NCBI RefSeq assembly: GCF_035084215.1
Contig: NC_090343.1
Location: 8,556,001-8,620,000, forward strand
DNA: 64,000 nucleotides
Direction: 5' to 3'
Origin: Heptranchias perlo
Lineage: Eukaryota
Within the stretch, counting starts at the first letter, position 1. The number at the start of each line of letters is the position of its first letter. Positions 25,766 to 38,770 of the stretch are shown one piece after another. Under the pieces are notes generated by a model, which made no database searches, had not been told where the DNA came from, and saw nothing but the letters and a program-made list of their open reading frames with translations. Both the position numbers and the translations under genes were made by a program.

Positions 25766-26256
25766 TATTTAATCTCTTGATGAAAAGTTCTGCAAAATTT
25801 CTCCCTGAACCCAAAGATAATTGAGCAAAACTGAACAGAAATGATGCATCTTTCCGCCTCGATTATTCAGACCTGGCATCTCCAAGGTCCCAGCAGTACA
25901 GGAACCATCATGTTATATGGAATATTTGAGTAGCTCTGTCTTTTGTTACTAGTAAAACCTCCAATCATATTCCCAAGCAGATATCCATTGATTCATAAAA
26001 CACGCTCCACTGTGCCCTAAGGACTAAGCAACAGCAAGTCAGCTTTCCTCTTTCACAATAACAAGTCTATATTTAAACTTTCTGCAAAGCAGAACAATTC
26101 ATTCTGATTAAAAGTGTGCATTTTGCTCGCAGCCAAATTTCGTTGCTTGATATTTCTGGCTGATCTAACAGATTAGCTGTTGAAAATGAAAAACCTGGGC
26201 TCAGTACATGCTCCATCTCATATGGTACTGAACCATCCAGACCAGGAAGGGGGAAG

Positions 26257-26575
26257 ATAGGAACAGGAGGAGGCCATTCAATCCCTCAAGCCATTCAATT
26301 AGATCATGGATGATCTGTACCTCAACTGGAGATGCCCACCTTTGCTCTATATCCCTTGATTCCCTTACCTAACAAAGATCTATTCATTTTAGTCTTGAAA
26401 GCTCCAATTGTCCCAGCTTCCACAGCCTTTTGGGAGAAAAGAATTCCGGATTTCTACTACCCTTTGTGTGAAAAACTGCTTCTTGATTTCCCTCCTAAGT
26501 GGACTGGCTCTAATTTTAAGATTATGTTCCCTCGCTCTTGATTTCCCCACCAGTGGAAATAGTTTCTCCATATCT
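26257..26575 (-). mobile_element. CR1 3' fragment
   Basis: MEKLFPLVGKSR...FFTQRVVEI plus 3' UTR. Confidence 0.8.
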
Positions 26576-27504
26576 AAAATACTATGCGCTAAAATGGGAT
26601 AGGCTCTAGCTCTTCACACTGGAACCTAATGCTCTGTCTGTTAGCTGTAAGGCACGTATGTGAAAGGTATTTTGGCATTCTCAATCCAGTCACTAGGGCG
26701 TGCAGGCATGCAGCACACAACTGTCCCTAACTGGCAATCTCACTCAGAGAGGCTGCAGGATGCCTAGTGTGGGAAATAGAGAGACTCTGTCACACTGGTA
26801 CAGTTGGCATTGGGGCAGAGTAGAGGAAACTTTATTCTGCATTTGGCTGTGAAAAACCTGGTCTGGGAGTGAGCATAAAATTTTTTAAAAGAATTAAAAA
26901 AAATAAAGATTAGGAAGGGCCCAGATTCTGATCTCAGTCAGACATTTGCTTCAGTGTGAAGAAAAAAAAAATCAGCCATGGTTTAGTTTCATTCTTAATC
27001 ACCATCCAGGGAAGTGGATAAGTACATACGCATGGATACGACAGAGGTCAAATGGACTATCACCATCTGGACTATGGGCACTTATTACCAACTGCCCTTA
27101 CAAACCTCTATCGCAGACCCAGACAAAGGCCTCCCAACTCTGCTGGGGGAGATTGTGATCTTCCGACTGCAATGCAGGCAAATCCAAACCTGATGGTTTT
27201 CTTTTGCTTTCTGTTACTGAAGGGAGCAAGGAGCAAAGGGATGCTAGGGAGGGAGGATTTTTCTAGCATCCAGCAACATTGAACGTCCCCTGTTAAAACT
27301 GTAGGTGCTGTAGGTTTTATTAAGGACTTTCATTATGTGGATTCTGGGCAAGCCTTGCCTGCTTACCATTCATTCTCCCTCTCCGGGGACAGAACGCAAA
27401 AGAAACAGCAATAAAACGCTTGCACCGAGTGATGTAACCATCAACAAAATTATGCTGGGGACAGAGTATGCAGTTCACTCTGTTTCTTATATTTGTCTAG
27501 CACG

Positions 27505-28120
27505 TTTGAGAATTTGAATTCAGTTTAAAAAATCTGGAAATCAAAAAGCTGGTTTCAATAAAAGTGACCACGAAGCTGTCTGATTGTCGTAAAAACCCAA
27601 CTGGTTCAATAATGTCCTCTACGGAAGGAAACTAGGGGGCATGGTCTCAGGATAAGGGGTCGGCCATTTAAGACTGAGATGAGGAGGAATTTCTTCACTC
27701 AGAGGGTTGCGAATCTTTGGAATTCTCTCCCCCAAAGGGCTGCGGATGCTGAGTTGTTGAGTATATTCAAGGCTGAGATAGATAGATTTTTGGACTCTAG
27801 GTGAATCAAGGGATATGGGGATCAGGCGGGAAAGTGGAGTTGAGGTTGAAGATCAGCCATGATCTTATTGAATGGCGGAGCAGGCTCGAGGGGCTGTATG
27901 GCCTACTCCTGCTCCTATTTCTTATGTTCTTAGACCTGTCGTCCTTACCCTGGATTAGGCCTATATGTGACTCCAGTCCCACGCCGGTGTGGTTGACTCT
28001 TAACTGCCTTCTCAAGTGGTCTAGCAAGCCACTCTGTTGCATCCCCCCCACCTTCTCAGGGCAACTAGGGGTGGGCAATAAATGCCGGCCTTGCCAGTGA
28101 CGCCCACATCCCGAGAATGA
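27505..28120 (+). mobile_element. SINE-like repeat with CR1-group tail, interrupted by a CR1 3' fragment (~27630-27930)
   Basis: Matches 38400-38770; tail ggcaataaatgccggcc...gacgcccacatccc shared with the LINE end at 13400-13470. Confidence 0.7.
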
Positions 28121-28607
28121 GTATTTTTTTAAAAATAGTCCTCTCGTGAGAGGTTCTTTTGCTGCCGAGTTTGCCTGCTTGATTTTGATAGCATCGGCAG
28201 CTTGGAAAGCTCAGCTGTCAGTGCTCCTTCCTCACTGGTGGATTCAGGCCTCGTCCATCAAAGAAGGAGCAGCACAGAGAAAGAACTTTCCAAAATCACC
28301 ACTTCTGTCAAATTCAAACAGACAAGCCAACTGCAAATAAAGGGCTCAGTGACATATACAGTGACATCCCCAACAACTTCCCCAGCCTCCCCCGAATTGC
28401 TGACTTTTATAACGGGATGACACATTGGGGTCTTGTGCTTCAGTCATTGGCACATGAGATATCGAAGGTGCTGGCTGGGGAAAGTCCTGATAGTTCCACG
28501 TGGCAGCTGCTGCCCGGTCGCACCGGTAACCAGGAGATGGGATGTGAAGACAGAAAGAGAAGGTAGAATGAGGAAAGAACTAATAAACAATGAAACAGAA
28601 AATAAGG

Positions 28608-29045
28608 AGGGAATAGGAACCTAGGAACAGGAGGGGGCCATTCAGCCTCTCGAGCCTGTTCCGCCATTCAATCAGATCATGGCTGAATTGTATCTCAACT
28701 CCCATTTACCTGCCTTGGTTCCGTAACCCTTAACATCCATAGTGAACAAAAATCTATCAATCTCAGTTTTGAAATTTTCAACTGACCCCCAGCCTCAACA
28801 GCTTTTTTGGGGGAAGAGAGTTCCAGATTTCCACTCCCCTTTGTGTGAAGAAGTGCTTCCTGACATCACCTCTGAACGGCCTAGCTCTTATCTTAAGGTT
28901 ATGTTCTCTTGTTCTGGACTGCACCCCCCACCCCCACACACCCCCCGCATCAGAGGAAATAGTTTCTCACTATCTACCCTGTCAATACCTTAAACAGCTC
29001 AATTAGATCACCCCTTAACCTTCTCTACTCGACAGTATACAAGCC
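28608..29045 (-). mobile_element. CR1 3' fragment
   Basis: Reverse-complement CR1 3' UTR (ggccattcagcc...gatcatggctga) and ORF2 tail. Confidence 0.8.
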
Positions 29046-30919
29046 TCTGGAACGGGCCGCCTGCTCGTACGGTGGGCGCCGATTCACTCAAGCGAGAGTC
29101 GGACCTGTTTCTGGGTAGGGCGGAGATCACCTCTTACAAAGAAAATAGGTACTGCATAGAATTATCAGGGCCAGAGTGATCTCCTGGACTAGCTTCAATC
29201 ACCAAAGGAGTCGGAGAGGAATTTCCCAGATTTTTTTTCCCCCCAAAATTGGCCTGGGATTTAATTTGGTTTTTTTTTGCCTCTCCCAGGAGATCACATG
29301 GTTTTGGGTGGGGGTGGAGAGTGCATCACAAGATACCACAATTGTGTGGGACAGGCTCGCTGGACTAGAGGGCCTTTTCCTGTCCATCATTGTGCGTACG
29401 TTCAATGTAACCTGACCACATTATTTAAATCTTTTAGCCTCGATAGCTAGGAAGAGAACAGAGAGAGAAAAAAATTAAAAGGGAAAGAAAGATAAGGCAA
29501 AAGGTGAGACAATCCTATCAAAGCCACATTCAAACTGCACTCGGGTTAAATATTCCTTCGGTTTCACTGCAATGTAAGTAGGAGCCTCATTTTCACTGCC
29601 AACGTACACCATTGTGAGGGTAAGAAGGCAGAACTCCACGGGTATATTCAAACATACTCAAGAAGCTCTGCTCACCAGCCTCCCACTGTCCTCGTGATTC
29701 TGAAAGATCGAAAATAATCCGTATTTTTCCATGACTAAAATGTGAATGGTGACACAGCAAGCTCCCCCAGCGTTTGTCTTACTTTTAAAAATGTACCTTT
29801 TCTACATACAAGTTACTTGATTATTACAGCCAATGCCCATCTGTCCCTGTTTGGAACTGCCTCTTCTGATTTCTGATAGGCGATTGGCTGAAAGCATGTC
29901 TTGTAGTTAGCAGGAGATACAATTTGGTCATTCTAGAAATAACTCAAGAACCTAAGTGCCTCAAGGTATTTATACGAGGCTACAAAATATTATAATATCC
30001 CCATTTTTTGATGGGACTTACATCCAATGTCAGGAGATGACATGTAGTGTCAGATGACTCCCAGTATTACGCTTCATCAGAATCTGAGTGACAACCAGCG
30101 GCATAGGTGCCAATTTGGGTGTATTTTGGGGCACACTTGCATTTGCTTTTCCCTCACTGATGGCCCACCTGCCTGCCTGATTCTCAGTGCTCTGCCTACC
30201 TTTCTACTGGCTCCCCTGCTCAATTCCCAATACCTCGCTTGCCTCACCCTCCATGCACACTCACCCACCCAATAACTTGTCTCCCTGGGGGTGGAAATCG
30301 GCATGTGTTGCACCCATTTTCCGAGCATAAAACAGGGCGCAAATCACACCAATTTAGCAGGGGGGACAGCCTGCACCCAATCTGTGCAGGTGTTGGTCCC
30401 AATGCTAAATACGTGGGGACCATTTACAGGGCAGTGGGAATAGATTTGAGTTCCTCCAGCAAATAGCCAGAACAGACACGATGGCTTCTTTCGGTGCTGC
30501 AAACTTCTATGATTGTACAGGTACCATTGGGTTGTCCTTACCCGTGGGACTGCGCCTCACCACTAGTTGCTACCTTCGTGGGGGGGGGTGGGGGGGAAGG
30601 GGGAGGAGAGACTTTGGCTGAAAAGATATGAGAAATGCTATTATTCTTGATCCATTTGTCCAGTAATTTGTTGTTAGGAAAATCACCAAAATTTATACCT
30701 ATGAGGAGTTTTCCAGGGATATCAGGCAATGGCTCCTACAGAGTCATTTCCCAACAAGTTGGCTCAGGGACAGTCCCAAACTGTACTGAGGCAGCAGACA
30801 TTACTTTGCAATTCATGGTTTGTCCTAGCTCAGTTCTGTTGCATTATAAAAGACATTAGAATGGTTCCACTACATAATCTCCACCGTATCCAAATTCCAT
30901 TACATTCTGGGTTGCCTAC

Positions 30920-31980
30920 CTGTTGGGTAGAAACAAAGCAATGATGCAAGCGCCAGGATTGGCCATGGAACTCAAAGCAGCAGACAGGTGGTAAGCAGTG
31001 TTTCCATAGGGGATGCATGAAAAGGTCTGCACTGATGGTAGGAATCCATTGGTCAATGAATTCACCCAGGCAACCAGAAGATAAATGAACAGAAGCTGGT
31101 GCCTGGAGTACTTAGTGAATATACCAGTTGCCATATTTTGTGTTTCAGCTGTGAGCTTAGCTTTAGCCACCCCCATCTGCAGACTAGTTAGACTGGAACT
31201 TTGTGTATCCGCTGGTCCCTCAGAGATGTATTTATTCAGTTCTAATTCAGTAGTTGAGATATGCACCACTTGGTTAGACACTAGCTCTTCATTAGACTCC
31301 TTGTGAGGTAACCGTGTGAGGGAAACAAAAGCCACCAAGCAGAAAACCATCATAGCCGTGAGGAAAGCTAAGAATATTTCAGTAGAGAAGTTGGCAGGTA
31401 AGTAATGAGTTTCAATCTGGTAAACAGTTGCCCCGTTTGTGAAGTTACCAATGGTCACGTTGGCTGGCTTTGAAACATTCACACACTGGGCCATCCCAGC
31501 ACCTTGGCCTAGTGCCACAAGGCCAGGGACAAATCCACTCAGACCTTCTCCAATGAAGTAGGTGGTCATGTACTTTGTCTGGAGTCTCATCATGAAAGGA
31601 AGAAAGGTCACTGAAGATGTGCAGTCCACTAGTGACAAGAAAAACGTCAGTATAAGAAACGCTGTACTATGAGACTTATCGGCCACTAGCGTAGTTTCCC
31701 TCCAGAAGAATATCATCAGCAAGCTGGCCAGTATTCCGATGCTGATAATAATGTAGATGGCAATGATCTCCTTCATCTTCCCTGGGGCAAACTTGTGCAG
31801 GAGAGTGACAAACAGAGGTCCCACATTGGCCAGTTGAATGATGACAGTGAGGTAAGAGGGCAACTCCCAACCTTCAGGCAACACATTCACAATAAGCGGA
31901 AGCTCCACCCAAAGTCCATTGATGGCCACCCATGAGCCGGTGCCAAATATACAGGCCAGTATGTGGATGAGCAGGGACAT
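30920..31980 (-). CDS. SLC52A3: SLC52A3 first coding exon (1061 nt coding; exon acceptor at 32063)
   Basis: gcaccATG; MSLLIHILACIFGTGSWVAINGLWVELP...LPEGWELPSYLTVIIQLAN.GPL...LVDCTSSVTFLPFM...GEGLSG matches RFVT3. Donor AG|gtaggc, phase 2. Spliced CDS 1061+124+213=1398 nt (465 aa). Confidence 0.96.
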
Positions 31981-32001
31981 GGTGCTGTGATACAGATCAG
32001 T

Positions 32002-32057
32002 CTATGGGATGGCGTTCATTTGCATTAGAAGGTACAGGACTGATGGGAGCTAGGCAT
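32002..32057 (-). promoter_or_regulatory. Two tandem uORFs in the SLC52A3 5' UTR
   Basis: ATG 32057 encodes MPSSHQSCTF* (to 32025); overlapping TAATG starts MQMNAIP* (32025-32002). Both lie inside the exon after acceptor tttgcatttcag|32063. Confidence 0.55.
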
Positions 32058-32234
32058 CGCCTCCTGAAATGCAAAGTAACAATAAAATAATCATACGTTT
32101 ATCAAATAAGGTGCTCCAAAACAGTGGGATTTGTATTCTTTGCTTATGGAGTACACCTATGCGTAAAACAGCACCCCATCCCCGGGGTCCGGAATTGAGC
32201 CACTCACATCATATCCCATATTAAGTCCCGCTCC

Positions 32235-32505
32235 CTATCACCAATAAATCCAATAGGGAATTCAGGAGAAACTTCTTCACCCAGAGTGTGTTTAGAATGT
32301 GGAACTTGCTACACACATGGAGTAGTTGAGGCGACTAGCATTTAAGGGGAAGCTAGATAAACGCATGAGGGAGAAAGGAATAGAAGGATATGTTGATGGG
32401 GTTAGATGAAGAAGGGTGTGAGGAGGCTCGTGTGGAGCATAAACACTGACATGGACCTATTGGGCCAATAGCCTGTTTATGAGCTGTACATTCAATGTAA
32501 TTTTA
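32235..32505 (+). mobile_element. CR1 3' fragment
   Basis: aggagaaacttcttcacccagag...gaggctcgtgtggagcataaacac family end. Confidence 0.8.
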
Positions 32506-35500
32506 TGTGCTCCTATTCTTGTCCATCTCCACTGGCTTCCCATTCCCCCCAGCACATTGATTCAAAATCCTCTTCCTCATTTGCAGAGCCCTCCGTGACC
32601 TTGCTCCACTCTCCCAATGTGACCCTCCTGCATCCCTGTTCAAACCCTCCACTCTTCCAACTCCAGTCTATCGCACAGTCCTTCCTCCCTCCACTTCAGT
32701 ACTGTCAGCACAACCATCGCCACTCCTGCACTCTTCCTAAAGCCCTCTGCCTTGCTACATCTCTCGCCAGCTTCCGAAGCCTCCGCAAAACCCACCTCTT
32801 CAACCACACTTTGGGTGGGATGGGGAGGATGGGGGGGGGGGGGGGGTCTTTTAACTCCACCCACCTGCTGAAAACCGAGCGTGGGGGGGCTGTTAAATGA
32901 ACTTACCCACTGGCTTCTCGTGCTGATCTGGCCAACTTTAGTTTTAAATTGCATTGCGGCAAGGAAACTCATCCGAAGCCAGCGAGGTCCTTCTTTAAAT
33001 ATGCAGATCGGGCTCCAATGACCTCATCGGGCCCCGACTGAATATTAACCGGAGACCCGAGGTGGGGGGGGGGGGGGGGTGGAGGGGGGAGGGGTAAGCA
33101 GTGGTAGCTTCCCCGCCAGGCCAAACCTGCTGGTAGCTGGATCGAGGGCCAGAAGAGGACATGGTAAGTTAAACATTTGTAAGGTTTCCTTGTAGGCTAC
33201 GAGGAGCAGGAGTGGGCCTGGGGCCTCCCCTCCTGCTCTTGACTGCGATCACCACCGGACTCCCCCACCCCCACTCCCCCTTTACGACCTACCTGAGTGC
33301 CGGGGACCTTTCCATTGGGTCCTCAATGGCCGCCCGAAATCCCGCTCCTGCCAGCGGGCCAGGTACTGATTTCTGCCAGGTTTGGGCTACGATCCGACAT
33401 TCCTCAGCAAAATGAGGCCCCGGGAACTAAAATGCCTCCGGGCATCTCGTGAGGCCGACACGTGAGCTTGCCTCTCGCCCCGACCCTTCCCCACCCGCCC
33501 CCGTGCACCAATCCCGCCTCTCGTTAAAATCGACTCCCCCCCCCCCCCCCCCATTTCAGTCAGCTCTTCTAACTCTTCCCCACCACCTACTGCCATGTGA
33601 CCAATCCCCCTTTCAGACATCTTGTTTGTTAAAGGTGTTGTATTAGTGCAAGTTGTTGTTATACATTGATATTACTGGCACCAACACTCACTCATGGAAA
33701 CACTCCAAGGTCAACATCAGTGGAGTGTATCCACTCCATTATTACGCTCAGTAAATGAATGATTAACAAAGACTGTGCAGGAGTCTTTAAAGTGTATTTG
33801 TTTTAGGTATTCTTTGCGAAGAAAGAGAAATCACAAGGGGGCATGTCCATAGATACAGACTTTAACATTCACAGCAGCCACTCCCAAATTTTCTTACTCC
33901 TTTAATGATACATTGCTGGGTGCACTAAAGAAAAAAACGTCCAGATTTTTATTTTCTCTTTTGCTGAATGGATGGGGTCGTTTCCGCAATGAGGTACATC
34001 TCCATGGCAACTGTCACTCTGCAATGTCTCGGCAAGTGGCCCGTAGTCACGTCAGCAGAATATTTGACCGGGGTTGGAAGGGGGGGGCGGGGGTTGCCAT
34101 CACAGCCAAACACAATCCCGTTCTCTCTCAACATCCACACACTTGCACTTTCCAAGAGGTCACTGGATAGCGATCAGAAGGCCACTATTCTCCCCACACT
34201 CCTTTGCTGAGGGGCATTAAAGTTAATTGTAACGCTGCTGCAGCCACCCTGACTAGAATCATGTAACCCCCAACACTAGGGACTGAACTCATAAATGAGG
34301 TCTGACCAGAGCTTTATATAACAGTAACTTTCAAAGAACCATAGACATGTACGCACAGAAGGAGGCCATTCCAGCCCATCGAGCACGTGCCGCAGCTGGC
34401 TGCACTGGAACCATCTACTCTGGTCCCATTTTCCTGCTGTTTCCATGTACTCTTTCATATTTTTCTTTCCCTAGCGATTTCCTATCTCCCTTCTAAACAT
34501 TTCGATTCTGTTTTTTTTTTATAAAAGTTTTAATTTAAATAAAAAAGTTTTTTTTTAAATTTTTTTACGGGTGGCATTGCTGTATTAGGAGAATCCAATC
34601 ACTGGGCCTTCCTTTTAATTTATGAGGGAGGTAATGAGCCTTTCAGCACCCTTTACATTAACGACCTGATCCTTTGATTGCTGAGTTAGGTTCACTTTAC
34701 AAAGGCTTTAGCCACACATCTCAGCGCTCCAAAAGCTCGAGTGTTTGGAGGGGGTCAGGATAAGGAAAGGCATTACACCACTTCTCTTCTTTCTCCCTGG
34801 TTGCTAACCAACGTAAAGCAGTACCCAGAATAAGTGGTGATGGGGCTTGAAACATCCAGAGCAGTTCAGACTTTCCCTAAGAGAGAAAAAAAAACAAGAG
34901 AGAGTTTCTGACCTGCAGAAGGAAATGGCCAAAGAAGTTCTTGTAGTCTTAGCCTGGAGCGTAACACTGATGAGACTGTACGCTGTTCAGGCTCCAGCCC
35001 CTCGTAGGCACAACTCCAAACCACAACCCTCAAGGTTGCTTTAACCAATAACACTGCCCCCTACCACCACTTTGTACTATGGCCGCATTCCAGCAGTCAT
35101 TCTCTACCTGATAAGATCAAGGTGTGCTTTATGAGTTTAGACCCAGAAGAAAGATACATTTAATCTTCCACGTCTCACTTGAGCACATTAAAAACAGAAG
35201 TGATTTTCAAAAAATTATGACTAAAAGCTGCTTGGTTATACAGTGAGACCAGCCCACACCCTCTCACATTCCTATGTAATTCTGCACAAGCTAATAACTG
35301 CGTATTTCAGTACAGTTCTACTCCTGATAGTTCAAGTCAATTGTTGTGCTAAAAAAATTTGAATTACCTAATGATTTGAATTAAGCAACATGAATAAGTC
35401 AGCAAAGTTCAAATTTAGCATTTAAAATATTTGTATTGTCAGATTATTGGAATTATCTTGGATTGGCCAAGACATTAAATGAGCAATGGCAGGTCTTCAA

Positions 35501-35634
35501 GGCAGAGATAGTTTGGGCACAAACCAAGCATATTCCCATAAGGAGGAACGATATGGCATCCAAAGCTCGAGCTCCCTGGATGACAAAGGAAATAGGGGTT
35601 AAAATAAAACAGAGAAAGGAGGCTTATGACAAAT

Positions 35635-36137
35635 CGAAAGCAAAATACTGCGGATACTGGAAATCTGAAATAAAAACAGAAAATGCTGGAAATACTCAGC
35701 AAGTCAGGCAGCGTCTGTAGAGAGAGAAACAGAGTTAACGTTTCAGGTCGATGACCTTTCGTCAGAACTGGAAGAAGTTGAAGATTTAACAGTTTTTAAC
35801 AAGTACAGAGCCAGGGAAAGTGGAGTGGGGGGGGTGGAGGAAAGAAGAAAAGGGAAGGTCTGTGATAGGGTCAGGGCCAGGAGTGATTAAATGTCAAAAG
35901 GGATGATGGTGCAGGGCAAGGAAGGTGGGAATGGGACAAGTAAAGAAACAAAAGATGGGTCTAGAGGAGCTGTAAATGGCAACAGCAGAACCATTACCAG
36001 CAGCTGCTGTCCGAAAAAATGGGAGCAGTGGTCATGATCTGAAGTTATTGAAATCATTGTTGAGTCTGGAAGGTTGTAAAGTGCCTGATTGAAAGATGAG
36101 GGGCTGTTCCTCGAGCTCCCGTTGAGGCTCTTTGACA
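35635..36137 (-). mobile_element. Second Penelope-family 3' fragment with 11-bp TSD
   Basis: Minus strand encodes a GIY-YIG tail (ELEEQPLIFQSGTLQPSRLNNDF). TSD ttatgacaaat at 35624-35634 and 36138-36148. Homologous to 44932-45320. Confidence 0.8.
35733..35769 (-). ncRNA. Minimal hammerhead ribozyme motif (second Penelope family)
   Basis: agtt-CTGACGA-a-aggt(catcg)acct-GAAA-cgtt-aact; palindromic AACGTT stem III. Confidence 0.7.
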
Positions 36138-38053
36138 TTATGACAAATGTCAGGTACAGAATACCGTAGAAAATCAGCCAGTAGGAGGAAATTGTAGGAA
36201 GAAATCGAAAAAGGTTATAAGAAGGGCAAACGGAGAATATGAGAAAAGATTAGTGGGTATGTAAAAGGGAAATCTTTTATAAATATATAAAAAGTAAAAA
36301 GGATAGTTAAAGGAATGGTGGGGCCAATTAGGGACAACGAAGGAAATCTTCTTGTGGAGGCAGAGGGCGTAGCTGAGGTAATGAATGAGGACTTTGCATC
36401 TGTCTTCACAAAAGAAGAGGATAAAGTTAATGCAGTGGAGGAGGAGGGAGTGGGGATATTGGATAGGATATAAATAGATAGAAAGGAGGTGCTAAATAGG
36501 TTGGCATCACTCAAAGTTAACAAGTCCCCCTGTTCCAGGTGGGATACACCCCAGGTTGCTGAGGGAAGCAAGGGTGGAGATAGCAGAAGCTCTGACCATA
36601 ATCTTTCAATCCTCCTTGGATATGGGAGTGGTGCCAGAGGACTGGAGGATTGCAAATGTTACACCCCTGTTCAAAAAAGGGGAGAGGGATAAAAACCTGG
36701 TAACTACAGGCCAGTGAGTCTAACATCAATGGTGGGAAAACTACTAGAGAGCATTGTCAAGGACAAAATTAATTCTCACTTGGAGAAGCATGGGTTAATA
36801 AAGGACAGCCAGCACGGATTTGTTAAAGGCAAATTGTATCTGACTAACCTGATCGAGTTCTTTGATTGTGTATCAGACAGGGTTGATGAAGGTAGTGCAG
36901 TAGATGTTGTATAAATGGACTTTCAAAAGGCATTTGATAAAGTACCACGTATTCGGAAAATAGAGGCACATTGGATTAAAGGACGGTGGTAACTTGGGTA
37001 CGTAACTGACTAAGGGATAGGAGGCAGAGAGTAGTGGTGAACGGATGTTTTTCGGACTGGAGAGAAGTATGCAGGGGGGTCCCCCAGGGATCAGTATTAG
37101 GACCATTGCTTTTCTTGTTATATTTAAATAACCTGAACTTGGGTATAGGGAGTACAATTTCGAAGTTTGCAGATGATACAAAACTTGGCAACATAATAAA
37201 TAGTGAGGAGGATAGTAGCAGACTGCAGGACTGTTGGGAGGAACAAAATGGAGAGGCAGTATAATCTAAATGGTATTATTTTGAGGGGGGTGCAAGAGCA
37301 GAGGGACCTGGGGGTACAGATTCACAAATCTTTGAAGGTGGCAGGGCAAGTTGATAAGGTTAAGAAAGCCTATGGGATACTTGGTTTTGTAAATAGTGGC
37401 ACTGAATACAAAAACAAGGAAGTCATGCTAAACCTTTACAAATCATTAGTTAGGCCTCAGCTGGAGTATTGTGTACAATTCTGGGCACCACACTTTGGAA
37501 AGGATGTCAAGGTTTTGGAGAGGGTACAGAGGAGGTTTACCAGGATGAGGGAGTTCAGTTATGTGGAGAGATTGGAGAAGCTGGGGTTGTTCTCCTTAGA
37601 GCAGAGAAGGTTAAGGGGAGACCTAATAGAGGTATTCAAAATTATGAAGGGTTTTGATAGAGCAAATATGGAGAAATTGTTTCCTCAGGCTGGTAACCAG
37701 AGGTCACAGATTTAAAATAATTGGCAAAAGAACTAGAGGGGAAATCAGGAGAATTTTTCACACAGAGGGTTGTTAAGATCTGGAAGGCACTGCCTGAAAG
37801 GGCGGGGGAAGCAGATTCCATAGGAACTTTCAAAAGGCAATTGGACATGTACTTGAAGAGGACTAATTTGCAGGGTTATGGGGAGAAAGCTGGGGTGTGG
37901 GACTAAATTGGACAGCTCTTTCAAAGAGCCGGAAACAGGCACGACGGACCAAATGGCCTCCTTCTGTGCTGTAAGATTCTATGATTCTAAGTAACTTTGG
38001 ATTGAGAGTCCGCTGTATTCTGCAGACTTTGCTGACAGATTACTAGTGAAACA

Positions 38054-38070
38054 GCAGCGCCCTCCAGTGA
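38054..38070 (-). promoter_or_regulatory. Candidate CTCF site
   Basis: Minus strand TCACTGGAGGGCGCTGC closely fits the CCASYAGRKGGCRS consensus; non-repeat context between the genes. Confidence 0.5.
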
Positions 38071-38399
38071 TCACAGTGAGGCATTGCGAAGTAATTATCT
38101 AGATTGGGTCAATCTCCAAGACAGCAGGACATTTCCAGTACAAGTACAACTTATAACTAGCACCGTTGGATAATATTACTTTTTGCTCCTTAATGCGAGT
38201 TCAGTTAGATTCAATCATTTAATGGCAGCTAATGCTCAGCTTGATCGCGTGTAAACTCTTGACCCCTTCAAAATGATTTCTCAAGCTGTTGAATTGTATG
38301 GCTGGGAGATCCTGCATTAACCCCTTTGATCAAACATGAACCCAGAGATCATGCACGAATCCAGACGAAATCAAGAGGGGCATAGCTTCAGATACGACT

Positions 38400-38770
38400 G
38401 TGTAGTGGTTATGTTACTGGACTAGTAATCCAGAGAATAAGAGTTCCCACCAGGGCAGTTTGAGAATTTGAATTCAGTTTACAAAAAAAAGTGACCAGAT
38501 TGTCATAAAAACCCAACTGCTTCACCAATGTCTTTTAGGGAAGGAAACCTGCGATCCTTACCCGGTCCGGCCTAAATGTGACTCCAGACCCACATCCAAA
38601 CGTGGTTGACACTTAACTGCTCTCTGACGTGGTCAAGCAAGCCAATCAGTTGTATCAAAACCGCTACTGCAGTGGTTCAAGAAGTTGGCCCACCACCACC
38701 ACCTTCTCAAGGGCAACTAGGGACAGGCAATAAATGCCATCTTTGCCAGTGACGTTTACTATCCGATAAC
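38400..38770 (+). mobile_element. tRNA-head SINE with CR1-group tail
   Basis: gtgtagtggttatg head; tail ccaccaccttctcaagggcaactaggg...ggcaataaatgcc shared with the LINE end at 13400-13470. Confidence 0.7.

Larger units (their letters stand above)
35460..37990 (+). mobile_element. Decayed CR1 LINE ORF2 plus 3' UTR, interrupted by a Penelope-derived insertion
   Basis: Fragmented ORFs (WQVFK...PWMTKEI; SLTSMVGKLLES...SQHGF; [10 protein letters not shown]...FADDTK; RPQLEYCVQFWAP). Confidence 0.9.
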
